Assembly (NCBI GenBank): GCA_026702745.1
Contig: JAPPBT010000005.1
Location: forward strand, 15,387 to 79,386
From: Gemmatimonadota bacterium
Lineage (GTDB): Bacteria; JAAXHH01
Direction of reading: 5' to 3'
Length of the DNA stretch: 64,000 nt
This document shows positions 26,710 through 36,533 of the stretch, in pieces. Each line of letters begins with the position of its first letter. The first letter of the stretch is position 1. The position numbers and the translations under genes are program-made. The notes under the pieces are model-generated. The model was not told the origin of the DNA. It saw only the letters and a program-made list of their open reading frames with translations, and did no database searches.

Positions 26710-28701
26710 TTACCAGTTCTGTACGGGATGTCCGGCCCGTGGGAACCAGGTGACGTCCGCCACGTAGGACAGAAACACGCCCAGCACGAAGGCCACGAGC
26801 ATGCCCATCACCGCGGGTATGGCCTGCCGGTAGAGCTGGATGCCGCCGATCTTCAGCAGCAGGGCCTTCACGCACCAGACCAGGAACAGGGTGAAGGCCG
26901 AACTGGCCATGCCCGGCGTCAGGACCACGGTGAACCCGATGGGATGCAGCGACCACCACGTGAACCGGTGGTGAGCCTGGATCAAAAGGGCGGTGATCAA
27001 ACCGCCGAACATCATGAACCAGAACTCGGTGCCTGTGATCGCCTCCCTGTTATTGATCCATTTAACCAGATTATCGTAAGGTAGCTTGGTCCCGTTGTTG
27101 AACGCAGGCTCGAAGAACTGCGAAGCCCCTCCGTGGTTGTATCCCAAATACAGCGTGAAGATCAGCGCCACCACGATACTCATCGCGAGGACGGCGGTGA
27201 TCGTCTTGAAAGAACCCTTTCCGGTGCCGCCCAGTTCATCGTCCACCTTCGCGATGTGCCCCATGGAGCACATGCCGAGGGTTCGCCAGTTCCGGGCGTA
27301 GGAATTCGCGATGGCCAGGTTGGTCAGGTCCCGCGTGCTGATGCTCCCGGACCCGATGACGGCCACGGTGAAATCGTGGGTCTCGAATGGCAGGTCCAGG
27401 AAAACGATGCCCGTCTCCGCCACGATACGGGTAACGCCCACGAACATGATCAGGAGAGAGCCCATCATGAAGGCGATGATGCCGAGGGACATGCCCGACG
27501 CGTACAGCCAGCAGACGATGTACGAAATGCCCCCCAGCACGCCCAGCACGGCCATTCGGTAAGAGAAGAACTCCCTGGAGTCGTCCACGTGGGGCGCCTT
27601 GCCCAGTGCCTTCATCACGACGTCCTTCAGGTGCCGTCTTGCGGACCACAGCGCGAAAAGGGTAAACACGAGAAAACCACCGGAATGCTGCGATTTGACG
27701 ACGGCAAAGGCCCCGGGCACGCCGAGGCGCGTCATGATGCCCTGCTGAATCGTCATGATGACGAAAAACACCCAGATGCTGAACAGGACGTTCAGGTTGG
27801 TAAAGTATCCGACACCCGCGACCAGGAAATTGAATTTCACGGGAATGGCGGGAAACGACCGCGCCAGCACAAGGTTGAAAAAATGCAGTGGACCGAGGGG
27901 GATCGGACTGACCCAGTTGAAGAAACCGACGATGTTCCAGAGGAAAATGAACAGCGTAATGCCGAAGGCGTACCAGAACAGCTTGGATTGCATCACGGCG
28001 GGCAGCGCCCGGCCCTTTTGCTCCTCGATCATGATCAGCGGGATCTGGGCGAGGGGAAAGGTCAGCCGCTCGTGTTCCACCCACTGCTTGCGGAGCATGA
28101 CCATGGCCGATGCGCCGACCACGAAGATGGCGAGGAAGAAGGTGATCCACCAGACCATCGGAACCGTCCAGGCAGCGCGGATCATACCGAGTACCGGAGG
28201 GCGGCTGTCCGGGATGCCCTCGAAAAACCATGTGAGGGCTTGCTGTTCGTCCTGGACGATGAGCCAGGAGGGCAGGTACTGGAAGAACAGTTCCGCCCAC
28301 TGGTTCTCCGTGGTGGCGTTGTAGTATGGTCCCGTGATGCCGCCGATCCAATAGGAACTGAAGGGCCACGCCGGAATGGTCGAAGCAGTGAAAACCAGGA
28401 AGAAGACGATGATCAGTTCGTTCCGGTTAAGCACCCTGGACGGCCAGAAGCGTTTCAGCAGGGGATTGAGCCCCAGCACCACCAGCAGGAAGGGGAACAG
28501 CGCGGAAACGGGCAGGTGAGTCAGACTGATAAAGGACGACTGGGAGATATAGCCCGCGTGGATCGTCCAGATGTTCAGAAGAATGGACAGAAAGACGCCG
28601 ATCAGCAGCGCCCTTCGAGTGAGCCCGGTGGTCAATGTGGTTGCCAGGCCCCCGCTTCCGGACTCGCCGGTACGTGGGGTGGTCTCGCTGGTCTGGGACA
28701 T
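26710..28701 (-). CDS. Large polytopic membrane protein, DUF6785/DUF6784-like putative transporter
   Basis: Many TM segments; QWVEHERLTFPL, YARNWRT, WWSLHPIGF; paralogous to 32646..34628. Confidence 0.75.
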   Translation of the reverse strand: MSQTSETTPRTGESGSGGLATTLTTGLTRRALLIGVFLSILLNIWTIHAGYISQSSFISLTHLPVSALFPFLLVVLGLNPLLKRFWPSRVLNRNELIIVFFLVFTASTIPAWPFSSYWIGGITGPYYNATTENQWAELFFQYLPSWLIVQDEQQALTWFFEGIPDSRPPVLGMIRAAWTVPMVWWITFFLAIFVVGASAMVMLRKQWVEHERLTFPLAQIPLIMIEEQKGRALPAVMQSKLFWYAFGITLFIFLWNIVGFFNWVSPIPLGPLHFFNLVLARSFPAIPVKFNFLVAGVGYFTNLNVLFSIWVFFVIMTIQQGIMTRLGVPGAFAVVKSQHSGGFLVFTLFALWSARRHLKDVVMKALGKAPHVDDSREFFSYRMAVLGVLGGISYIVCWLYASGMSLGIIAFMMGSLLIMFVGVTRIVAETGIVFLDLPFETHDFTVAVIGSGSISTRDLTNLAIANSYARNWRTLGMCSMGHIAKVDDELGGTGKGSFKTITAVLAMSIVVALIFTLYLGYNHGGASQFFEPAFNNGTKLPYDNLVKWINNREAITGTEFWFMMFGGLITALLIQAHHRFTWWSLHPIGFTVVLTPGMASSAFTLFLVWCVKALLLKIGGIQLYRQAIPAVMGMLVAFVLGVFLSYVADVTWFPRAGHPVQNW

Positions 28702-28760
28702 GTAAGCTTCAGTTTCCGTTGTTGTTCAGGCACGGCCGCCGGGGCCGGAGCCGGCGCGGT

Positions 28761-30131
28761 TCAATCCCAGGTGTTTAGTCCTTCTCTGCCGAATGCCGGA
28801 AGAAGGACGAAGTGATCATCGGTTTCCTTCATCCGCTGCCGAAGCAGGTCGTGGTGCCGCGTGACCTCCGCCCGGTACGCCGGATCCTCCACGAGATTCC
28901 GCTGTTCCCATGGGTCCGCTGCAAGGTCGAAGAACTGCCAGGGCGTGCCGCCGTGGTTGTCGCCGCGTACGGTGTACTTATACCGGGCGGTACGGAACCC
29001 GCGCCATACCCAGTCGTGGAAGGCCACGCCTTTCCGCTGCTCCGCCACAAATTCCAGCATTACGCCTTCCCGGTCCAGCCTGCTGACGCCGCCGTGTATC
29101 AGCGGAGCCAGGTTATCGCCGGGCAGGGCGTCTCGCGGCTTCAGGCCGGCCAGGCCCAGTATAGTGGGTAACAGGTCCTCGGTGGAGACCGGGTCCCCGA
29201 TCACGGCGCCGGCCCGGTCCGGGTGGCGGGGGTCCGCCACGATGAGGGGAATCCCCGCGGACTCTTCGTAGGGCCACTGCTTTCCCCGAAGACCATGGGC
29301 GCCGCCGAGCTCTCCATGGTCCGCCATAAACAGCACAACGGTCTCGCCGTGCAGTCCGGTGCGCAAAAGGAATGCGCCCAGGCGGCCCATGTTCCAGTCC
29401 AGGTTCTCGACCATGGCGTAGTACAGCTTCCGGTTGAGCATGACCCGTTCCATGGCCTCGGCGTCGGCCGCTTCCACGTTAGGCGGCAGCACGATGTCCA
29501 TCGCCTCCCAGCTGCGCTGCAGGGCTTCCGGCGCCTCGAAGGGGTCGTGGGGCGGTTCGACGGAGATCACCATGCAGAAGGGACGGGACGGGTCCCGGTG
29601 CTCGAGGTAGTCCATGGCGAGGTCGAAGAGTCCGTCGGTCTGATATCCTTCGACCGGCCTGGGGACCGGGTCGTCATCCTCGAAATAGTAGGTGTCGAAG
29701 GGTCCGTTCCTGAGTTCGAAGCCCATCCATTTCCGCCACCGGCCCCGGTACGCCTTCTTTACGGCCGTCCTCCCGCACTGGACTGCGGACCCCATGCGTC
29801 CGTGTCCGCCGTCGAGATGCCATTTCCCCGTGTAGATCGTCTCGTAGCCCGCTTCGTTGAACTCATCGGCCAGGGTCCGTTCAGCCGGAGACATCCTGTA
29901 CTCGATCGCGGGAACCTTCCGGTCGTGGGCGTACAGTCCCGTCATGAGGGTAAAGCGGAAGGGGACGCAGATGGGGCAGGTCGAACTGGCGTGCTCGAAA
30001 CGCACGCCCCGTCCGGCCAGCGCGTCGACGTGGGGTGTGACGATGTTCGGGTCCCCGTAGGTGGACAGGGCCTGCCGCCGCAGTTGGTCACTCAGGACGA
30101 TCAGCACATTGGGTGGTGATGGTGCCTTCAT
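28761..30131 (-). CDS. Sulfatase
   Basis: PNVLIVLSDQLR, CVPFR (CxPxR formylglycine motif), GKWHL, ADHG. Confidence 0.92.
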   Translation of the reverse strand: MKAPSPPNVLIVLSDQLRRQALSTYGDPNIVTPHVDALAGRGVRFEHASSTCPICVPFRFTLMTGLYAHDRKVPAIEYRMSPAERTLADEFNEAGYETIYTGKWHLDGGHGRMGSAVQCGRTAVKKAYRGRWRKWMGFELRNGPFDTYYFEDDDPVPRPVEGYQTDGLFDLAMDYLEHRDPSRPFCMVISVEPPHDPFEAPEALQRSWEAMDIVLPPNVEAADAEAMERVMLNRKLYYAMVENLDWNMGRLGAFLLRTGLHGETVVLFMADHGELGGAHGLRGKQWPYEESAGIPLIVADPRHPDRAGAVIGDPVSTEDLLPTILGLAGLKPRDALPGDNLAPLIHGGVSRLDREGVMLEFVAEQRKGVAFHDWVWRGFRTARYKYTVRGDNHGGTPWQFFDLAADPWEQRNLVEDPAYRAEVTRHHDLLRQRMKETDDHFVLLPAFGREGLNTWD

Positions 30132-30161
30132 TCAAATCGCCTCGTCCGGTCTTCTGAAGAC

Positions 30162-30207
30162 GAAAAAACAACGAAAAACCCGGTCGGCGGCGCCGGCTGA
30201 ACCGGGT
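30162..30207 (-). terminator. Terminator-like hairpin with a U-tract upstream of the sulfatase start
   Basis: Minus strand ACCCGG...CCGGGT stem followed by TTTTTCGTTGTTTTTT. Confidence 0.35.
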
Positions 30208-30312
30208 CAATTAGGTTGTGTTACGACGACGGGTCTGCTATATTGCCGCACAAGAGAATAACGAATAAACGGTCGTAAATCAACCCGATTCCCCTGGAGG
30301 CGACGCCACCCT

Positions 30313-31158
30313 ATGACCAGACCGGACGACCTGGACATCTACCTGTTCGACCTGCAGGGCTTCCTCCGCCTGGAGCAGGCCCTGACAAAGGCCGAGGTGG
30401 CGGAACTGAACGCCTGCCTGGACGCGATCCCGTCCCTGTCTCCCGGTGAATGGCACGGTTACGTCCACGCCCACACCTACGGCACCGTGGACGGCCTGAA
30501 CCTGCAGCAGATCTACGAAGCGGGCGCCCCTTTCGAGGCGCTGATCGACCATCCATCCTGGATCGACAGGATCAAGCACTTCGTGGGCGGGGAGGGTACC
30601 TTCGACTATGCCCACGGCCCCCTGTTCATCGATGAGAACTTCGCCAATTTCCGGGAACCGGGCGAGGCGATCGGACTGCACTCCGGCGGATATCCGCCCA
30701 TCATGCGCAACGGATTCCGCTACCACGGCGGCCGGTTCATGTGCGGCCAGATCAACGTGCTGATGGCGCTGACCGATATCGGACCCGGCGACGGCGCCAC
30801 CATGGTCATCCCCGGCAGCCACAAGTCCAACTTCACCCATCCCGATTTCGCCCGGCACGCCATGAAGCCGAAGGGCGCCTCGGTGGAAGGCATCGCCGCG
30901 TCGGTCGAACTTTTCATGGAAGCCGGCGACGCGCTGCTCTTCGTGGACGGTATCTCCCATGGTTCGGCCATGCGGCGGAACGCGGGCACCCGCCGTATCG
31001 TGGTCTACCGGTACGGACCGTCATGGGGTAACTTCCGCCACGGCTACCAGCCGTCTCCCGATCTGCTGGATCGCCTTACTCCGGAACAGCGGCAAATCGT
31101 CTCACCGCAAAAGGCCTCGCCCGAAGGCGCGCCCTACGACGGGCCCGGCCTGGACTAG
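30313..31158 (+). CDS. PhyH family Fe(II)/2OG enzyme with HxG in place of HxD
   Basis: YLFDLQGFL, IGLHSGG, VLMALTDIGPGDGATMVIPGSH, ISHGS. Confidence 0.85.
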   Translation: MTRPDDLDIYLFDLQGFLRLEQALTKAEVAELNACLDAIPSLSPGEWHGYVHAHTYGTVDGLNLQQIYEAGAPFEALIDHPSWIDRIKHFVGGEGTFDYAHGPLFIDENFANFREPGEAIGLHSGGYPPIMRNGFRYHGGRFMCGQINVLMALTDIGPGDGATMVIPGSHKSNFTHPDFARHAMKPKGASVEGIAASVELFMEAGDALLFVDGISHGSAMRRNAGTRRIVVYRYGPSWGNFRHGYQPSPDLLDRLTPEQRQIVSPQKASPEGAPYDGPGLD

Positions 31159-31167
31159 GCGGCAGCG

Positions 31168-32589
31168 TCACGGCGGGAAGTGAAATCGCCGGCGCAGCCG
31201 CCTCCGCAGCGCCGCGACCATTTCCAGCTGTTCGTCCGCCACGTTATCTAACTCGTCCGGATCGCTTACCAGATCATACAGTTCGACCTCGCCCGTGTGA
31301 TGCGCCACCAGCTTGTGTTCCGCGGTCCGGATCAGCCTGAACTCCCGCAGTGCACTGGCCGCTTCCTCCCGATGCGTCGTCCGTTCCCCCGCGAGCACGG
31401 GGCCCAGGTCTCGCGCATCGAGGCCTTCCTGGGCGGGCAGGCCCGCCAGTGAACACAGCGTGGGATTGACATCGATCAGTTCCACGAGGGCGTCGGACGT
31501 ACGTCCGCCCGGTATGCCCGGCCCGGCGGCGATCAGGGGCACCCGCAGGGCCGCCTCGTAGGGCACAGACTTGGTGTACAGCCCGTGATCGCCCAGCATC
31601 TCGCCGTGGTCGCTGGCGAAGACGACCACGGTGTTCTCCCCCATGCCCCTCCGTTCAATCGCTTCAATGATCCGGCCCACCTGGTCGTCGATCAGTTCGA
31701 TGGCCGCGCAGTACTGACGGCGGGTTACGGCAATCTCCTCGGCGGAAAGATCGCGGCGCCGGGCCTTGACCCAGTCCGGCTTTCCCTCGCGGTCTCCGTC
31801 TTCGCGACTGCCACCCTCGCAGCCATCATCCCCGTGCCCGCCACCCTCGTGCCCACTGTGCACGGCCGGCGGCACCGCCGCATCCCGGTAACGGTCGGCG
31901 TATTCGGCGGGCGGATCGAAGGGGTCATGGGGCCCCACAAAGCTGACGAAGAGGTGCCACGGGTAGTCGTCCGGCACGGCGTCGATCCATTCGGCGGCGC
32001 GGCGGCCGATGTAGACGTCCTCGAAGGCTTCGGCGGGCAGTACCGAATCGTGGGAAGCGCCTTCGATCCATCCCCGTGCCTGGCGGGCCGCGTAATCCGT
32101 ACGGAATGCTTCGAACAGTCCCTGCTCCTGCAGCCAGAAGCCGTAGGGTCCCCGCGGTTCGTCCGCCATGCCCGCGTGCATCTTGCCCTCGCATTCCACG
32201 GGATGGGTGAAGCCCCAGCCGAAGACCCGGGGCCGGTCGCCGCGGCGGCCGTTGTAGGGGTCCGGCTTGGCCAGGTCGAGCTTGCCCACGCCACCGACCC
32301 GGTACCCCGCGTCCCGCAGGCGGGCGTAATAGGGCGTGATATGCCGGGGCAGGTAGCAGTTGTTGTCGAGGCACCCCAGCCGCGCGGGCTGGAGTCCGCT
32401 GGCCAGGCCGATGCGCGCAGGGGCGCAGACCGGGGCGTTGGTGATGCATTGCGTGAAACGGATCCCGCGTCTCGCCAGGCGGTCCAGGTTCGGCGTATTC
32501 AGGAACGACGCGCCCGCGGCCGACAGGTAGTCGTGGCGGTGCTGGTCGTCCATGATGAAGAGCAGATTGGGGCGTTTGGATTCGGCCAT
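31168..32589 (-). CDS. Sulfatase
   Basis: RPNLLFIMDDQHR, CAPAR motif, GPHDPF, SDHGEMLGDH. Confidence 0.92.
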   Translation of the reverse strand: MAESKRPNLLFIMDDQHRHDYLSAAGASFLNTPNLDRLARRGIRFTQCITNAPVCAPARIGLASGLQPARLGCLDNNCYLPRHITPYYARLRDAGYRVGGVGKLDLAKPDPYNGRRGDRPRVFGWGFTHPVECEGKMHAGMADEPRGPYGFWLQEQGLFEAFRTDYAARQARGWIEGASHDSVLPAEAFEDVYIGRRAAEWIDAVPDDYPWHLFVSFVGPHDPFDPPAEYADRYRDAAVPPAVHSGHEGGGHGDDGCEGGSREDGDREGKPDWVKARRRDLSAEEIAVTRRQYCAAIELIDDQVGRIIEAIERRGMGENTVVVFASDHGEMLGDHGLYTKSVPYEAALRVPLIAAGPGIPGGRTSDALVELIDVNPTLCSLAGLPAQEGLDARDLGPVLAGERTTHREEAASALREFRLIRTAEHKLVAHHTGEVELYDLVSDPDELDNVADEQLEMVAALRRRLRRRFHFPP

Positions 32590-32645
32590 GTCTGGGTCCT
32601 TGTCGAGTTAGGGGCGCCAATCAACACGGTTCCCCCGAGAGCAGC

Positions 32646-34628
32646 TTAGTTTATGAACGACTCGAACTGGTGCGGCGCCGCCGGAAACCACATGCTGTCC
32701 ACGAGGAACGAGAGCGCCATGCCGAGGACATACCCCACCAGGATGCCGAGGAACAGCGGCTGGGCCCTGCGGTAAAGCGCCCCTCCGCCCAAACGCAGCA
32801 GGATCACCTGGATGAGCCATGCCAGGAAGAAAGGCAGGAACATGAACCGCACGGTGTCCGCGGCCACGGCGACCAGCCCGATGGGATGGAGCGGCCACCA
32901 GAGGAACAGGAATCGACCGAGGATCATCAGCATGTACAGGACGATGCCGTTCCCGAAGAAGATCAATTCCAGGTCCGAGACGCTGCTTACGCTGCTGTTC
33001 CACGTCATGATCGTGTTGTAGAAGAAGGGCACGAGGTCGCCGGGCTTGGAAAGGAGATTGTCGGCGCCGACGGCGTATCCCGCGCTGATGTAATAGTAGA
33101 GAGAAGTCACCACGCTGACGGCGAAAGCCAGACAGATCCAGAGGAATAGATGCCGGGTGGCCGGCGTTACCCAGCGCTGCAGGAAGGCGGCGTGGGACAG
33201 CCCGATCATCGTGAAGGTCCGCCAGTTCCGGGCGAAAGCGTTCGTCATGCCGAGGGCGGTGATCGTGGACGGGTCCAGGTTGTCGGCGCCGATGATGCCC
33301 GCGGTGAAGTTGTTGGCGTTCACCGGCAGGTCCATGGCGACCAGTCCCGCCTCTGCGACGATCCGGGCCATGCCGAGGTAGATGGTGAAGAGGACCGCCA
33401 GGAGGATCAGGCTGACCGGCAGGGACATGCCGATGCTGTACAGCCAGGCCAGCAGGTAGAACACGCCGAAAATCAAACCAAAAACCGCCACCCGGTACGA
33501 GAAGAACTCGCCGCTGTCATCCACCGACGGATCCTTGCCGAAGGCCCGCCGGGCCACAGAGGCCAGGTGCCGGCGCGCCATCCACAGTCCCCACACCACC
33601 AGGGCGATCAGGGCGCCGATGGACTGGGTGCCCACGAGACCGGTCGGCGACATGGTCGTCGCCGCCGTAATTCCAAGCATGTTCAACAGCCCTCGCTGCA
33701 GCGTGGTGAACAGCAGGAAGAAACACAGGCTGAACAGGATTTCGGCATTGATGAAGAAGGCGAAGCAGAATACGAAGACATTCAGCCGGATGGGAAGGTC
33801 CGGGATCGACGGATGGACCTGTAATTGCAGCAGGTCCGGTCCCATGATGGGGACGGGCGTAACAATGTCCCAGTAGGAGGCGATGTTCCAGCACACGACG
33901 GCCAGCGACAGACCGGCGCCGATCCGGAAGGCGGTCGTGCGGACCATGGGCGGTTCGTCCCGGTCCTTCCCTACGCCCATCAGGTTGAGTGCCACCTCCC
34001 CCAGGGGAAAGCGCAGCCGTTCGTGGCTCACCCACTGCTTCCTCAGGATGACCACGATGCATGCGCCCGTCCACATCAGGGCGCCGAAACACGACATCCA
34101 CCACAGCAGCGGCGAAATCCAGGCCATCCAGGGGATCCGGTAGCCCGGCACGGCGCCCTCGTAGAAAACACGTACCGCGTCGGTCTTTCCGCTGATTACC
34201 AGCCACGTGGGCAGCGTGTCGAAAAACGTCTCCGCCCAACGGTTTTCGGGACTCGCATGGTAGAAGGGTCCGGTGATGATGGAGACCAGGTACCGGGTCA
34301 TGCCCCAGTCGGGCACCATGGATCCGATCATGCCCATGGCGAAGACCACGATCAGTTCGGACTTAGTCAGGGCGTACCCGGGCGCCAGCCTCTTGAGCAG
34401 GACGTGGGGACCCAGAATGAGGACCAGGAAGGGGATCAACAGCGCCGCGGGGAGATGGGCGTAAGTGGAGTAGTTGTATCCGGCGTGATCGGCGGAGAAC
34501 TGGCCCCAGAAGGCGACCACGGCGGAGAGCGCGAGCCCGATGATCCCGGCCCGCAGGGTTATGGCCGAAGCGCCCCGGGACCTGGGAGGTTCAGGGGACA
34601 TGGCGTTCATCCGATCCGATTGCGGCAC
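32646..34628 (-). CDS. Large polytopic membrane protein, DUF6785/DUF6784-like putative transporter
   Basis: QWVSHERLRFPL, FARNWRT, WWPLHPIGL; paralogous to 26710..28701. Confidence 0.75.
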   Translation of the reverse strand: MPQSDRMNAMSPEPPRSRGASAITLRAGIIGLALSAVVAFWGQFSADHAGYNYSTYAHLPAALLIPFLVLILGPHVLLKRLAPGYALTKSELIVVFAMGMIGSMVPDWGMTRYLVSIITGPFYHASPENRWAETFFDTLPTWLVISGKTDAVRVFYEGAVPGYRIPWMAWISPLLWWMSCFGALMWTGACIVVILRKQWVSHERLRFPLGEVALNLMGVGKDRDEPPMVRTTAFRIGAGLSLAVVCWNIASYWDIVTPVPIMGPDLLQLQVHPSIPDLPIRLNVFVFCFAFFINAEILFSLCFFLLFTTLQRGLLNMLGITAATTMSPTGLVGTQSIGALIALVVWGLWMARRHLASVARRAFGKDPSVDDSGEFFSYRVAVFGLIFGVFYLLAWLYSIGMSLPVSLILLAVLFTIYLGMARIVAEAGLVAMDLPVNANNFTAGIIGADNLDPSTITALGMTNAFARNWRTFTMIGLSHAAFLQRWVTPATRHLFLWICLAFAVSVVTSLYYYISAGYAVGADNLLSKPGDLVPFFYNTIMTWNSSVSSVSDLELIFFGNGIVLYMLMILGRFLFLWWPLHPIGLVAVAADTVRFMFLPFFLAWLIQVILLRLGGGALYRRAQPLFLGILVGYVLGMALSFLVDSMWFPAAPHQFESFIN

Positions 34629-34634
34629 TTGAAG

Positions 34635-35486
34635 TTACCCGATCCAGGGATCGAGGCGGAACAGTTTGCGGCCCAGCGGGGTCAGCGCGTCCAGGGCGTC
34701 CGGACTCAGGGGCCGGTCGGGACCAGGCGCCTGGCGGGCTTCTTCTTCGGACAGGGCCTGCAGGCGGGTGAACTGGGCGATCCTGGGCGAGGCATTATGA
34801 TTGGCGCTGGCGGAGTGCGGCATCAGGTGGTGCATGAGCACATAGTCGCCGGCATCGCCCGTAACCTCCCTGGACGACTCGAAATCGACGATCTTGCCCC
34901 AGCCGTCGTTGCGCGCAAGCCCATCCGGCTCGCTTAACATGATCTCCCGCACCCGGTTCGGCGCGCCAGGCACCACGTGGATGCCGCCGCCATTGTCTTC
35001 CACGCGGTTCAGGTAATAGCATCCACCGATGCCGATGCCCGTGCGCAGGAAACCCTCGTTCAGTTCCTCCGGACCCTTCGGCACGGCGTCGAGATGGAGG
35101 TTCTGGAGCCGCCCTTCCATGGCACGGTTCCGGAGGGTGATCCCTGCCGAGCCGTCCCACACCTGGATAAACTCGGTCTCCAGGATATCCACCGCAGCAC
35201 CGTACAGCCCCTCGTTCTGCAGCAGGGGCAGCATGGCTGGCTCAAAAAAACTGCCGTTACCGTCCGGATTGTGGGGTTTGAACCGGGCGTGGTTCGCGTG
35301 ATAATGGTCCGGGATGACCAGGTCCCGCGGGATCAGGTCCAGTAGGAAGTCACGGGCCGTCCTGACGACGTTGTCATCCAGCGTGCCCTTCAGGACGAGG
35401 TAGCCATCGGACCAGAATTGTTCCAGTCGCTCTGCGGTCAGGTAACGGGGGGATGGGGTCATGGAGTTACTGGATTTCGACTGCAA
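34635..35486 (-). CDS. PhyH family dioxygenase
   Basis: QFWSDGYL, LHLD, MPHSA; the start may be at 35462. Confidence 0.82.
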   Translation of the reverse strand: MQSKSSNSMTPSPRYLTAERLEQFWSDGYLVLKGTLDDNVVRTARDFLLDLIPRDLVIPDHYHANHARFKPHNPDGNGSFFEPAMLPLLQNEGLYGAAVDILETEFIQVWDGSAGITLRNRAMEGRLQNLHLDAVPKGPEELNEGFLRTGIGIGGCYYLNRVEDNGGGIHVVPGAPNRVREIMLSEPDGLARNDGWGKIVDFESSREVTGDAGDYVLMHHLMPHSASANHNASPRIAQFTRLQALSEEEARQAPGPDRPLSPDALDALTPLGRKLFRLDPWIG

Positions 35487-35556
35487 CGTAAATCGGATCG
35501 CTATTGAATGGACCGTTACGCAAACCTACGCAAACCGGTTCCAGGGATCCGCCAGC

Positions 35557-36306
35557 TCAGATCGCCCAATACTTCCACAGGTCCTCCGGAATCTCGTATC
35601 TGAAGTCCTGCTCCAGGTGTTTCTCGTGGTTCCAGCGGGCAAAAAGGGCGAAGCGCGGCGAGTGGCTCGTGTTCTCCGATCCGTTGTGGGTCAGGTACGA
35701 ATGCCAGAGCACCACGTCGCCGGCGTTCGCGGTGAATTCCCGGCCGCCGGTGGTCGGGTTATCGCAGAAAACATCCCAGGAAAAACCTTCGATCTCCAGG
35801 AAACTCCCGTCGACATGCGAGGGATACTCCAGGAAATACCGGTGGGCGGCATGGTGGCTTCCCGGCCAGTAGATCAGGGCGCCGCCGCCGGGTTCCACGT
35901 CGTACAGATAGGTCGTCGCGCCGATCATGAAGGGCAGCCAGCGTCCCCCGTAGGCGTCGATATGGCCCGTTTGGGGGATTTCGAATGTCCGCTCCGGCTC
36001 AGGCCAGCGAATGATGGGGATGCCGTCGCCCGCGACGAAGTGTCCCCCGCTGAGCTGGTCGATGATCGACATCATGTTCGGATGGTGCACGAGGGCCGAA
36101 TTGGGTGGATCGTATTCGTATCCGTCGAGACCACTCGTCTCCCGTGGCCAGGTCGCGGGATCCTCCAGGCTGCCATCGAGCGCCCGCCAGATCTGCCGCC
36201 GCCATGCTTCCAGGGTCGCCTCGTCGAACACGTTCTTCAGCACCAGGTAGCCGTTCAGCTTGAAGTGGGCGATCTGCTGGGCGTTCAAGGGTTGTGCGTT
36301 GGACAT
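35557..36306 (-). CDS. PhyH family dioxygenase
   Basis: Start reassigned to MSNAQPLNAQQIAHFKLNGYL; GHID and LTHNG. Confidence 0.85.
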   Translation of the reverse strand: MSNAQPLNAQQIAHFKLNGYLVLKNVFDEATLEAWRRQIWRALDGSLEDPATWPRETSGLDGYEYDPPNSALVHHPNMMSIIDQLSGGHFVAGDGIPIIRWPEPERTFEIPQTGHIDAYGGRWLPFMIGATTYLYDVEPGGGALIYWPGSHHAAHRYFLEYPSHVDGSFLEIEGFSWDVFCDNPTTGGREFTANAGDVVLWHSYLTHNGSENTSHSPRFALFARWNHEKHLEQDFRYEIPEDLWKYWAI

Positions 36307-36313
36307 AGGCGTG

Positions 36314-36495
36314 AACTTAAGCGGCGCGCCGGATGCTGTCAAGACCCGCGATTTGAACGGCGAAAGTGACTCGAACGGGATGGATTGTTCCTGCTTGACA
36401 CGATGCACATAATCCGTGTAACATTGCAGAAAGATTTTCGTTCCCACAGTGCTGATCATTCGCAATACATATACATTGTATCTGCAGTGTTACAC
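36314..36495. promoter_or_regulatory. Divergent sigma-70 promoters with a pair of inverted operator-like sites
   Basis: Minus strand TTGACA-17-TAAGTT; plus strand TTGACA (36395-36400)-18-TAACAT; 15-bp inverted arms at 36416-36430 and 36481-36495 match at 14 of 15 positions. Confidence 0.6.
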
Positions 36496-36533
36496 AGTCC
36501 GCGACGTAGTAGCGGCAGACGGGACATCACCAA

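Noticed and set aside
36416-36495. 80-bp element as a MITE
   Set aside because: The flanks (AATCC / AGTCC) are not an exact target duplication, there is no second copy in the window, and overlap with a promoter favours operators.
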